From the NCBI RefSeq assembly GCF_009914755.1, contig NC_060926.1: a DNA stretch of 64,000 nucleotides. One strand, written 5' to 3'. Source of the stretch: the human T2T-CHM13v2.0 reference genome, Homo sapiens. The notes beneath the pieces are model-generated. The model made no database searches, was not told the origin of the DNA, and saw only the letters and a list, made by a program, of their open reading frames with translations. Positions 27,238-39,780 of the stretch are shown here, piece after piece (position 1 is the stretch's first letter; each line of letters starts with the position of its first letter). A program made the position numbers and the translations under genes.

Positions 27238-28859
27238 TACCTCATCTTTTAAATAAGTAGATTTTGATATATTTAAATATTGTCTATATCTGTTCTTTCT
27301 ATCCATCTGTTCACACTACTGTCATTTCTTAAAAGAGTATTTGTTCATGCATGTTATCCTTAAAGTTACTAATGTACTAATATCTCATTTTAATCTACAA
27401 GAGGGAATCATGGCATACTTTTCATATATATATATTTAAATACACAGATACAGACACAGATAACACATTCATATACATACAAATATAATTTTCATTGAGT
27501 ATCTCGAGGAACTAGAGTTTTAGAGAAGAAATTTAAGTAATGTTAGCTTAAGCTAATGATGTTCAAACTGTGACTTTGTGACTCCATTCTGTTTAGTCTC
27601 AATTGCAATTCATTTTTCTGTGTAGATTTTCTATCATACTATTCTGTGGGACTTATATTTTGGTTATCTTAGAAAAATATGGCATATTTAATTTTTTAAA
27701 TGCCAACACTTAATAGAAAAATACACGTGTACCTTGCCTTTAAAATTTACATCTCAGGAAAAAAAAGTACTTAAAAAATATTAATTTCCACTAGATACTC
27801 TAAATGTTTCTTTTATGTGAAATAAATGAATGAAAAATTGAGTACTATTATTTATCAAAATTGGGGTGTACCCTAATGATGTTATAATTCATGAATATGC
27901 ATCTTCTGTAAAGCAGAAAAATTTAAAGCAGTTAACATGCAAAGCCTTTCAGAGTGGCAGTCCTTAATATACCAAATATGTAATGATTTTGCTTCTTTTG
28001 CACATTGAGATTCAGTAAACTCTAGGGTCCTGAAATGATAGCTATGACTATTTCTTAGTTTCCTAAAAAGTGCCATATTGATTTGTTAAAGTAATAAATG
28101 TTTTTATGTTTAGAAAAAAAATGACAAACTTTTAAACATTATCCATAAAAATAGAGAAGTAATTTAAGCATAATAAAACCATTATTAATAAAAGAAGAAA
28201 AATGTGTTCAGCTTCATACTTGGGTTTTATGGAATTTGAGTTCATTTTTGAATTAGATCAGATTTAGTATTATACCAGAATGGATCATTTTCAATACAAT
28301 CATAATGAACATTACCATATACTGTACAGCAAAAGCGCAGAGCTGAGCTTGCCAAAATTTCATTCTTGGAAGCACTGCCAATGCAAAAATAGCTCCCTCC
28401 CCTTAGTACAATATTTAAGAGGCTTTAAAATTCTTCAGAGAATTATTGGAAGTTACCTTATAAAAGAAGCAATCATTTGTAAGTTTGAAGCTGAATTACA
28501 TTGTTTGTTTTCCATCTAACAATTCTTTCTGCTCCCTATGGTTGTTTGAGACTTTGCATGGCCATTCAATATTTTAAAGCAACTATTTTGCTACCATCTG
28601 CCACTTATCTCTTTGGCTCCCATCTCTCTTGCTCTCATCACTATTGATTTTCCAAATGGAGCCACCATAAAATAAATGTACCAATTATTACATTTAGGTT
28701 GGAAAAAGCATTGGCTACTGTAAATTGTTTCCAAGTTATTAAAGTATCAGTAAAAATAAACAAAAAGTAAAAGCATTTCTTTGAGTTACAGGTTTTGACA
28801 CTAATCATTTAAGTTTAAATCTATATAATCATGATTAGCCCTTATTTTCTATTTTGTAA

Positions 28860-29257
<398 letters not shown>

Positions 29258-29364
29258 CATATACATTTTTAAACTCTGTGCCATTTCTATTCAAAATTGA
29301 AATATCCTTTATGAAAAAGAACTTGTTAATATAAAAATGCATTTGATTTAAAATTATTTCTCTT

Positions 29365-29620
29365 GAAAAGCAAAACTACTCAGGCAATAAAGAGATCGGT
29401 GGTTACTAGGAGTTGAGGGTGGGAAGAAGGAATGAATAGATGGAACCCAGGGCATTTTTAGGGCATGTACCATACCAATGCAAGATGTTAATAATAGGGG
29501 AAACAGTGGTGGGGGGACACAGGAAGAGGGAGTAAATGGGAACTCTCCATACTATCAGTTCTGTTTTTGTTTAAATCTAAAAGTGATCCAAGAAAATTTA
29601 TTTAAAAACAAACAAACAAA
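29365..29620 (+). mobile_element. L1MC2-like 3' end with internal deletion
   Basis: gcaaaactac...gagatcggtggtt...ttttagggca joined directly to tgtaccatac...aataggggaaac...aaatctaaaa. Confidence 0.75.
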
Positions 29621-29837
29621 AAATCCTCTCTCTCACTTGTCTCTTCATGCTTCACTATGATTCTGTGTATCATTTCCTAAAAGTAATGTCAAGATGTGTG
29701 AGGAAGAAAATTTCGACAGTCTTCTATGGAGTGAAATGGCTCAAACTAAAATGTCATACTAAAGCAGAATTTCTCTCAACACAAGTATATAAGATATATT
29801 ATGTTTTTGGCCTTTCCATTTAATTTAATTGTGGTTA

Positions 29838-31003
29838 TGTTGGTGTAGGTAGTTAGACAGATATGAGCAGTGCCCCCAGAAATGTCAGGCACTCACTGGG
29901 TGATGGTCAGGCAATAATAAAACTGTCCGTCTAAAATGATAAGTGGTATTGGGTATTTAACCAAAGGAAGTCATGTGAAAAAGACAGATGCACATGCATG
30001 TTTATAGCAGCACAATTTGCAATTGCAAAGGCATGGAACCAACATTAATGGCCATCAATCAACCAGTAGACAAAGAAAATGGGGTATATATATATATATA
30101 CCTCGGAATACTCTTCAGCTATAAAAAGAATGAAATAATGTTTTTTGCAGCCACTTGAATGGAGCTGGAGGCCTTTATTCTAAGTGAAGTAACTCAGCAG
30201 TGGAAAACCAAATATCATATGTTCTCACTTGTAAGTGGGAGCTAAGCTATGAGGATGCAAAGGTATAAGAATGATATAATGAACTTAGGGGACTTGGGGA
30301 AGGTTGGGAAGGGAGTAAGAGATAAGACTACATATTTGCTACAATGTACAATGCTCAGGTGAGGGGTAAATCTCAGAAATCACCACCAAAGAACTTATCC
30401 ACATGTACCCCCAAAACTATTAAAATAAACGTTAAAATAAATAAAATAAAAATGGTTGAAATGGTTAAAAAATAATAATAATTAAATGATAAGTGGTCAC
30501 AGCTAGCGCCAAGAGGGAAAGAAGTTCCCCCGAATAGAAAACAAGCCAGCAAACCACAATTCCCCGATAAGGTCTTAAGCATGCACAGTAGGGGACAAAA
30601 TGATGGACTTTAACCAGTATATGACCTTCCTCTGGGGACACTCAATGAGTAAGGCAAAATTGCCAAAAGTGAGCATGCACACAACCTCAGTAAGCACACT
30701 GCACATGCCACCCCTCCCAGCACTGACAGGCCACTGTGCATGCAACAATTGAGCAACAATGAGCTGCAAGAGAGGTATCAAGGGAGGGGATATAAAAATC
30801 CCGAGCCAAGGGCTGAGTGGGGCACTTAATCTCTCAAATTGCCTGCTTAGTCTTCTTCCAAGTGTCCTTTGCTTCTTTCAATGTACCTTTGTCTCTGCTT
30901 TAAAACTTGCCTCAATCTCTCAGGTCAAATATTTCCTCTGAGAAAACAAGGGCTGGGATCACTGCAGTCTCAACACCTTTTTGTGGACACACCACTTGTA
31001 ACA
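29838..31003 (+). mobile_element. MER50 solo LTR (ERV1), split by an L1PB insertion
   Basis: tgttggtgtaggtagttagacagatatgagcag...gtgagcatgcacacaac...tataaaaatccc...taaaacttgcctc...tgtaaca. Confidence 0.85.
29948..30483 (+). mobile_element. L1PB1-like 3' end
   Basis: gctaagctatgaggatgcaaagg...aaatctcagaaatcaccacc; perfect 14-bp TSD AAATGATAAGTGGT at 29934-29947 and 30484-30497. Confidence 0.93.
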
Positions 31004-31227
31004 GGTGGAGCAGGGATGGTGGAGCTGAAATTTCCATTTATACTTCCATGCAGGAAACCAATCAATCAATGATCAAATAGGTGTTTAGTAGCTCTGTGGC
31101 ATTGCTTGAAAGAGTTGATGTATACAGATTACATGTTCCCAGGCTCTGTGTGACTAGGGACCCATTATGTTTGTTTTCATTGTTTTGTTTTTAAGCCTTT
31201 ATATGCTTTATTCACATGCTCTTTCTG

Positions 31228-31433
31228 ACAATAAGGAGATCAATGGTTACTAGGAGTTGAAGGTGGGAAGAAGGAATGAATAGGTGGAACTCAGTACATT
31301 TTTAGGGCAATAAAACTATTCTGTATGACACTTTAATGGTGGATATGTCATTATAAATTTATCAAAACCTTTGGAACTGTACAAAACAAAGAGTGAACCC
31401 TAATGTAAACTATGGACTTAGTTAATCATAATT
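31228..31433 (+). mobile_element. Second L1MC2-like 3'UTR fragment
   Basis: ttttagggcaataaaactattctgtatgac...agagtgaaccctaatgtaaactatggac. Confidence 0.78.
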
Positions 31434-31434
31434 C

Positions 31435-31850
31435 AAAGAATAAATTCTATATGTTGCAAATCTCAATAGATACCATGTATTGGCCCATCCTTTGGGATTG
31501 TTGAAAACAAGGGGAGGTGGTATGAGAAGACAGTGTAATATAAGATATGGAAAAATTACTTGGGGCTCAAATTTAACTCTTCCTAATGCTTGTTACGTTA
31601 TATAGCTGTTGATAGCTATAAGAAGAAGAAGAAATTCTATACGTTGCAAATAAAAGAAGAATTTAAGAAAGAAGAAATTCTATATGTTGCAAATCTCAAT
31701 AGATATGGTATTGGCCCATATTTTGAGATCGTTAAAAGAAAAGGGAGGTGATATGAGAAGATACTATAAGAAAAGAGATGAAAAAGTTATTTGGGGCTCA
31801 ACTTAACTCTTCCTAATACTAGCTAAGTTATACAACTGTTGACAGTTATA
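31435..31850. repeat. Diverged ~185-bp direct duplication with a short third copy between
   Basis: 31435-31620 aligns to 31668-31850; aagaagaaattctatacgttgcaaat at ~31626-31651 repeats the unit start. Confidence 0.9.
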
Positions 31851-32559
31851 TAACCATCATAACTACATGAGCCCTCATTTAATGTTCTTACGTAAAAGTT
31901 CGGTTCCAAATAGCCAATAGGAATATATATTTACTATATATTGAAATCTAACAGAGCGATTTCATTAACATCACATAGTAGAAACAATGCATATTTAATG
32001 ATGTATTTAAGATACTATATTTGGAGGTTGGCTAGGAAAAAAAAAAGATACTATATTTACTATGTACTTTTTTCTACTTTTAAATACTCAGTAATTTGAA
32101 AGGAGATGCTAACAATTTCATTCAGTGGATTTTGATGGAGGCGAGAGGAGAAAGAAAATAAAACAAAACTCAAGCCACATCCACTGATGTTTTTAGCCTA
32201 ACATGTACTACGTTGGGGTTTGAAAGAGCCTTATTTGTAACACATTCATAAGAGATGCTGCTGAACACTGGAAGTCTCAGAAATGTGTCTTAAAAGTGTT
32301 CCTGACTCAAGCCTAAGTTCCCTATGTTTGGAATAGCTATTTTTAACCCAGAAATGACAATATATCTCACGTTTAAAATCATAGTATTTTATCTCATAAA
32401 GTCTAGTTAATTGATATATAATAATTTAGTATTTCCTTAACTGTTCCATTTTTAAAACTTTTAAGTTCATAGATACATGTGCAGGTTCGTTGTATAGTTT
32501 TACTTGTTTTATGCGAGTTTCAGTGGAAGAAAAAGAAAGAAAAATGCTCTTTTTTTTTT

Positions 32560-33290
32560 TAACCTAGCAACAAGACATACAATTGAAAATGAAGAAATCC
32601 ACTATCTCTATCTCAAGGACAATAATAAAAAAAAACCTGCCATAGAAAATGTCCCCCACAGATTCATCATTCTAAAGTTGAATTGTGAAACTTGTTAAAG
32701 CATAGATATGAAAAGCATTGCCAATATGTCAACCACCTTAGTATCATCCAAACTTCTTGCAGTCACTGCATTTTCTTCTGTAAGGGATGTCAAGATTTCA
32801 TCAAAATGTCTTTTTATTTGGATAGTCTCCATACAGTTGTCTGCCTATTTTCACTCTCTGGTTTGCAACTTCTCGTGTACCAGTTGTCATTTCTGTAACC
32901 TTTCCAACAGCAACTGTGCAGTCCTGGGACCAAGATGCAGAATATCTCACTCAACAATCCTCCCACAAACCATCTGTTCTTAGAGACATCAACAACTGTT
33001 GGCATTGGGAGATTCGGCATAATGGGAAAGAAATTGTTCAAAATGATAAAGTGAAACTTTCTCAGAAATCTTAAATCCCAAGCACAATAGGAAAATAATT
33101 GCCTGACATATATAACCAGCATTATGTGAATTAAATAATTCTTGTATTAAAAAAACATAAAAAATAAAAACACCAAAACCCTTTCACTCTTCCATCAGAT
33201 TTATACAAATTATACATGAAAATGTTTAAATTATGGCACCAAATCTGTAAAATCATGCAGTTTGCAAAATAAAATCTCTACCAAAATGAA
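32560..33290 (-). mobile_element. Decayed hAT (Tip100-like) transposase coding remnant
   Basis: Minus-strand motifs in hAT order across frameshifts: DFTDL, DGRVKGFWCF, HNAG/MSGNY, HYAESPN/VVDVSK, GPRTAQLL, KLQTRE, KRHFDEILTSL, FNFRMMNLW. Confidence 0.6.
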
Positions 33291-33325
33291 AACATTCATA
33301 ACATTGACTCTTCCAAACAAGGCAA

Positions 33326-33428
33326 TATATATTTATACGTGTATATATTTATCTGTAAATATGTACTATATATATATATACATGTATGCACGTGTGTATA
33401 AATAAACATATACATGTGTATGTATGTG
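33326..33428. repeat. Degenerate (TA)/(TG)/(CA) simple repeat
   Basis: Directly visible. Confidence 0.8.
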
Positions 33429-34949
33429 TTGTTCTTTGTTTCTCTACTCTGCACTTTCAATCCGCAAGTCAACTTATTTCCCGTCAAAAATTTCTAAAGT
33501 AATTATAATTAAACACGGAGAACAAAACGAAATATTGCTTTCTAATTATAACAGTAATAGTAGTTTTTGTTTGTTTTTTGCCGTATTCTGTCCTTTTTGG
33601 TATTAAACAGAAAAAAAAAAATACCTAAATACCTTTCAGAACAAGTACTAGTTGAAAAACTATGCACCAGTCCCAAATGTGTACCATTTCTCCCTGAAAA
33701 TATTTATAGTCTTTCATTTAAAATGATCCACAGCAATGCTTGAGTAAAAGCATGAATGGAATTTTAATATCTTCCTGCATTTTGAATTGGAAATTCTACT
33801 GCTCTTGAATAGTAAATGATCACCAATAACCTGGCATTATCCAACTCACTTTCATGGGGTAACTAAGTTATTTTAGAGAGATTCTATTTTTTAAAATAAA
33901 AATGGTTTTAGAGTTGATGTGATTTTTAACATTTAATATGATTTCAAGAATAATTTTTAAAATATGTAGGACAATGTTATTATCCCCAATTTACAGAAAA
34001 GTATTAGATGAGCTACTTAAAGTCACATACCTTAGAAGTAGCAGAGACAGAACTCAGAAAGCATGTTTTACCATTTCAAAAATAAGTTCAAATTTTTTAC
34101 AGAAATTTTTTGAGTTGACTTTTTAAACATAAAATGTCTTTTTCTCTCTTAATTATGTAAGATTACCTATCAACATATTCTTGAATGCACAGGTGATAAA
34201 TTATTTGAATATAATATAAGTTAAAACCACAAATATTTTTATGCATCTATCTATAAAATATAGATCAGAAACCACATCTAGATTAGTCTCATTAGTTTTA
34301 TAGAAAATATGACACCAAAATGATATTATAAAGTTTACGTCTGATTTTAAAGACTATTTCTAAAGATATAAGTTGCCACACAACATATATTAATTCTGGA
34401 AAATAACTCATAGCCAAAATACCTTTCATATCTACTTCCTTCTTTTCTAATGAATTCTTTTGTGTTACTTCATCTTGGTTCCTAGTCTGTTAAATCTCAT
34501 GCCATTAATGTCTAATAGTTAATATTTTGGTCTCTTTAAGGCCTAAAGCTTAAATAGTTTCAGTGTGATAATTAGCAAATCTGTAATAGTTCTGTGCCTC
34601 TCTTTGAATCTCAGGTCTGTGAACCAGAGTCAGAGCATGTTTTATCTTGTATGTATTATTCATCACTCTCATACTCAGAGGGAATTTTCACAGACATGAA
34701 AGTATTTCAATTTTTCTTTTTCTGAGGAAACATTCATGTCCAGTTGGACTAATTACCACAGCCAGTTAACTCTCAATTACATGGGCAAAACAAATCATGT
34801 CATTTAAAAAGTTACGATTGTCACTACAAGTAGTCTTTTTGTAAATGGATGATTATGTCACACTGATAGGGTTTATTTCAAAAGGCTGAGTAATTAGAAA
34901 TCTCCTGCATAACTTCTTCAAAGTGATGACAAACATGAGCGTTTTAGAC

Positions 34950-35176
34950 CATTGATTTGCAACTAAAGATGGTTTTGCCTCCCCCACCCTTGCTCCCAGG
35001 TGATAATTGGCAATGTTTGAGGATATTTTGGGTGTTACACTGGAGAGGGGTACTATTGGCATCTACTGGATACAGGCCAGGGATGCTGCTAAACATCCTA
35101 AAATGCACAAGATAGCCCCTCACACAAATAATTATTTGGCTCAAAATGTTAATAATGGCAAAGCTGAGAACCCCTG
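34950..35176 (+). mobile_element. MER20 hAT-Charlie element
   Basis: ttggcaatgt...tggcatctactgg..aggccagggatgctgctaaacatcct...ctgagaacccctg; TAGA-centred flanks. Confidence 0.9.
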
Positions 35177-35597
35177 ACCTAGATAGTATCATACATAGAG
35201 TGGCTGCTAAAAACAAAATCTAGCTAATCATAATCCTGGTCACTTTGCTTTCATTTTAAAAGCTGAGGGAATAAGCTCAAAAATTATACATTTTTAATTT
35301 TATTTTTTCTATTTATTTTCATATTATACGCAGTTATACATTTTAGGTTGAGCTTCTGCTTCAGTAGTTTTCAATGCATAACAAATTAGAGAAATCAAAA
35401 CTACCATTTCTCTTATCAGATTGAGACAGGAGATCCAGAAAGGTGTAGTTTAGATTCAGATCTTGTGAATTTCAGTGAACTGTTCTCCCATTCTTCTCTA
35501 TTCAAGCTGGTTTGCAAAGAAACTGAAAAATAAGTAGAAGGATCATAAATATATAATAGATGGATAGAAGACAGATAAAGATAGATGATAGGCAGAC

Positions 35598-35601
<4 letters not shown>

Positions 35602-35643
<42 letters not shown>
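35602..35643. repeat. (GA)n microsatellite, ~21 units
   Basis: Directly visible. Confidence 0.95.
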
Positions 35644-35648
<5 letters not shown>

Positions 35649-35649
35649 T

Positions 35650-35880
35650 AGTTAAAAAGAGCTTGGACCCTAGAGTCAGACTCCCTAAGCGTGCATTCCG
35701 GTTTCATGACTTACTAGTTGTGCAGCCTTTGACAAAGACTTAACAATTTAGAAACCTATGTTTTTAAAAACATATAATTGGGATAATATAATAAACCTAC
35801 TTCATTAGGGTTGTCCTAAAGATTAAACTCACAGAATCCTTAGAGCCACACCTTACATATAATGTATTCTAAAATATCAA
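35650..35880 (+). mobile_element. MIR
   Basis: ctagagtcagactccc...acttactagttgtgcagcctttgacaa...ggataat...cctacttcattagggttgt. Confidence 0.7.
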
Positions 35881-36180
35881 CCCTCTATATAGCTACTTAT
35901 ACATTTTTACCTCAAATAATAGTGCTTTAAAAGATAAAGAATCTTAATACCTAAAATTATTTTATCTTTTCAGAAAGCGTAGATATTCTGAAAATTACAC
36001 AATTATTTTGAAGAGCTTCAAATGATGGCCATATATATACAACACTGCTTCTCTGTAAAGCTAGTCCAATTGTCATTGTATTATTGATCACCATTGGAAA
36101 TGATGAATAAAATGAAAACAGTGTTTTACCAGAAAATAACTAGATTTGCCAATCCTGCTTTTTCATATATATATAAATGG

Positions 36181-36183
<3 letters not shown>

Positions 36184-36218
<35 letters not shown>
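36184..36218. repeat. (AT)n microsatellite
   Basis: Directly visible. Confidence 0.95.
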
Positions 36219-36222
<4 letters not shown>

Positions 36223-38963
36223 TTTTTAACCATCATTTGAAATGTAGAGTGAAAATGAAATGTCTGCATTATCAGAAAATAGCTGGATTGACCAATGATG
36301 CTTTTTCATTTATATGTACATATTGGTGTTTTCATGCTTCTGATCTGAATTGCCCAGGCTTCAATAATTTATTTACCAGGCTTCTAAACTGCTTTGGGTG
36401 GTTTTGATTGAAGTTAACTCATTTTTTTCATCACTGTCATTGATCTAAGTCTTCCTACACTTTTCTTCTTCAGTAACTTAACAGTTTCATAACTTCAGTT
36501 TCTTAACAGTAACTCAAAAAAAAATGTATCCTTGTCTTCAACTTTCTGCTTTAATCTTTCTTATCTTAAAATTTCTTATCTCACCGTCTGTGCTGGCTTG
36601 TTCCAAATGACTATTATCTGAGGATTGACCTCTGTTATTCACTATTAAGTGATTAAATTCAGCAGGCACAGAAGAGCTTATTTTTAGACAGACTAGTATA
36701 AAGAATTCGACATCATGAATTATTATATGCTCAACCTTTGGCTCTTTAAAGACCACTAAGAACATCTATAGCAACATCCTTAATTTATATAATAATATAG
36801 CTACTCATAAACTTTACTATATAGTTGTATAAATATAAATTGTTGCATTTTAAACACGTAGTTATATAAATAATAGTAGAAATGGTTGAGTAAATCTTTA
36901 GGTTTTTCATTTATCAATTTTGATGTTTAACACAAAGGATACTAGCATTCTACAGTGGAGGCTTATATGGAGAGAGATTTGGAATTTTCCTCTTTTAAAC
37001 AAAACATCCTCTAAATCTTGCTGGTAAAATTAGTTCACTGTAAAAATCACAATTATCTGGAGATTTGCGTTCTAATATTAACTTTAAATGAAACAGTTGG
37101 AGGTGAAGAAATCTGGTGATTTGGGGAGGGCATTTCAGTAGTATTGGTAGCTCTAACCCATGAAAATGGAAAAATCTCACTATTAAGTTTGCTGGACCAC
37201 ATCGTTGATTTTTCAACATAATATCAATAAGAAAATACATATATTTTTGAATGTTCAGATTTGCAGAGAAATAACCAATGACAAGAGAGATAATAAAACC
37301 AGATAAATAAAGGAAAGTAAGTCAAATTGCTATTTTCATATATCAATACCAAAACCATACACTTTTCAGAAGGATTTCTTATATAGAACTTTCTATACCA
37401 TATGCTGAGTAACTGAGGAAGTTTCACAATCTTTTCTTGAAATACCAGATGCTAGGTTTGATGAATTAAGAAAGCTGGGCTTGAAATGTCTAATAATATA
37501 TCTAGTTCTAAAACAGTAGAATGTTATATTAATATGAAATATAAATTCAGGGCTACAAAAGGTAAAAGGGAATTTTGCTTTCTTAGTTTAAACTCTTCCT
37601 TATTATCATTTTTATTTTAATCACCATGGCTTAGGAATATATTGTCTGCCATTTATTTCCTGGGTTAATATCTCTCTGATACCTCTTATATACTGCATGC
37701 AACCATTTCTCCCAGGATCTTAGGTTAAACTTCAACGGTTTAACTGCATGTCTAAAAGAGATCAGCCTGGTGCCTTGCAGAAGTGTCACTGGAACTTGAC
37801 ATGAAAACTCATGTTTGCTTGTTTGTTTTTCATCTTCCTGTCCTCTGCTTCCATATAATCAGCTCAAGTGAACATAGCACAGGAAACAGATCAAGATGTT
37901 GTTTGCTTCTCAACATTAACACACTAGTTGGCCTTTGGTAAATAAATCATTTGTCTGGGAGCTTTTTCTTTCTCCTCCAAATTGGTATTTATTTGGAAAA
38001 TAACACACTTTTTCTTAGACTTACATTTTCGAGATTACATAAATTAAATGCCTGTAAAAATTCTTTGGGTTTTCTTAGACAGTAAATAAACCACAACATT
38101 ATAAATTAGAATTCAATGTGACTTAGCCTATGTTTGATTCATGAAGCTTTGCAGTGGAGCATTTAATACATTCTGGTAATGCTTTGATTTGCATATCTTA
38201 TATGTGGAACAGCCACTCAAATTTGTGACAGCTTCCTTAAGATTCACCTTGGTCAAGAATTCCTAGAAGATGCAGCAGAGGTTCATAAAATATCTTTGGG
38301 AATACCAGAAAGATCAGTCAAAGTGTAGGATAGATTTTGGGAAATACAAGTTCGTTATGACTCTAATTTTTTTAGTTGTTTATGAGATTAACAAATCATA
38401 AAAGAGAAGAATCTTGGACTTAAAGACATATTAAAAATTAGGACTCTGTAATGTGCCAACCAAGGATTGCTTTTTTCTCCATTTTCAACAGGAACAACAA
38501 CAACAAACGTCCAGCGACTCTTATAGAACATGATTTCTACTACATTTTTGAGTCAATAGTATGAAAGCTATGAGAAGTGTGGTTTGAAAATCCAATTAAA
38601 ATTAAAAGCGAAATATTCTAAGTCAAATTTTATACATAGAATTAATCTTATTCATATAGACAGTATATTTTTAAAAATTAGCGTGGAAAGCTGTCATATG
38701 ACAGGTATTTTAGACTGTGATGTTTAGTTAAAAGTGTGTACAACTGATTCTACCATGCACTACTCTTAATCTGTCATTGAGATTGCAGGAACCTTGTTTT
38801 TCACAGTGGGCTAACTGTTCCATCTGGCCCATTTCTGTTTATATTTTTTCTTCACCTTTTTCTTTAGCTCATTCTATGTGATTCTCATTCCCATTTTTAA
38901 ATATTTGAGGGCCCTTAAAATGACACAGCTATTCTCTGAATAATTCTGAATTCATTGAGAGCT

Positions 38964-39005
38964 GTCTATGGCCATACCACCCTGAATATGCCCAATCTCA
39001 TCTGA
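38964..39005 (+). pseudogene. 5S rRNA retropseudogene fragment (nt 1-42), tailless
   Basis: gtctatggccataccaccctgaatatgcccaatctcatctga vs 5S GTCTACGGCCATACCACCCTGAACGCGCCCGATCTCGTCTGA: 36/42 identical, all six differences CpG transitions; 19-bp flanking direct repeat. Confidence 0.92.
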
Positions 39006-39039
39006 ATTCATGGAGAGATCATTTTTTAAATCTGGTAGA

Positions 39040-39780
39040 GGAATTTTGGTTTCTGATAACAGTAAATTCGCCTTGTGCAAACCATCTCTTTTATAAACAG
39101 ACAAGCAACAATGAAATCTGGACAAAATACAATCAGACAAACAAATAAGCGAATTTTTGTTTGAATGCATCAAAGAATACTGAAGAAACCAGGACTTTTA
39201 AGGGCAGAATCCTGAAAAAAAAAAAAAAAATGAAGAAAATGTGGTACATATACACCATGGAATACTATGCAGCCATAAAAAGAATGAGATCATGTCCTTT
39301 GCAGGGAGACTATTATCTTTAACAAACTAACACAGGAACAGAAAACCAATGACCACATGTTCTCACTTATAAATGGAAGCTAAATGATGAGAACACATGG
39401 ACACATAGAGAGGAAAAACACATACTGGGGCCTGTTGGAAGGTGGAGGGAGGAAGGATGTGGAGGACCACGAAAGATAATTAATGGGTACTGTGTTTAAT
39501 ACCTCGGTGATGATATAATCTGTACAACAAACCCCCATGAGACAAGTGTACCTATGTAACAAACCTGCACTTGTACCCCTGAACTTAAAATAAAAGTTAA
39601 AAAAAAAAAAAAAAGGAAAGAAGCTCTTCGAGGTCAGCCTAACCCTACTTCTCCCTAAAGGCAAGATTCTTAAGTGACAACAGTTGGGAGGTTAAGAAGT
39701 TGGAGCAGAGAGTGATAGCTAGAAGAGAGGTATTGAGTTCAGCATTAGTCAGTCTCCTGTGGCTTGGTCTCAGTAATTAT
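39040..39780 (+). mobile_element. Possible ancient L1M 5'-region fragment, host of the L1PA insertion
   Basis: caacaatgaaatctggacaaaatacaa...ttgaatgcatc resembles old L1ME/L1M4 5' ends; weak. Confidence 0.35.
39231..39614 (+). mobile_element. L1PA13-15-like 3' end
   Basis: gctaaatgatgagaacacatggacac...atctgtacaacaaacccccatga...tgaacttaaaataaaagtt plus poly-A. Confidence 0.9.

Noticed and set aside
27880-28700. Repeat-free stretch as a possible conserved enhancer (likewise 54400-55100)
   Set aside because: Conservation and chromatin state cannot be read from one sequence; short motif matches are uninformative
38468-38710. Strong + strand splice acceptor (ttttttctccattttcaacag) as an exon start
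   Set aside because: No convincing ORF or paired donor; such motifs are common by chance in AT-rich DNA
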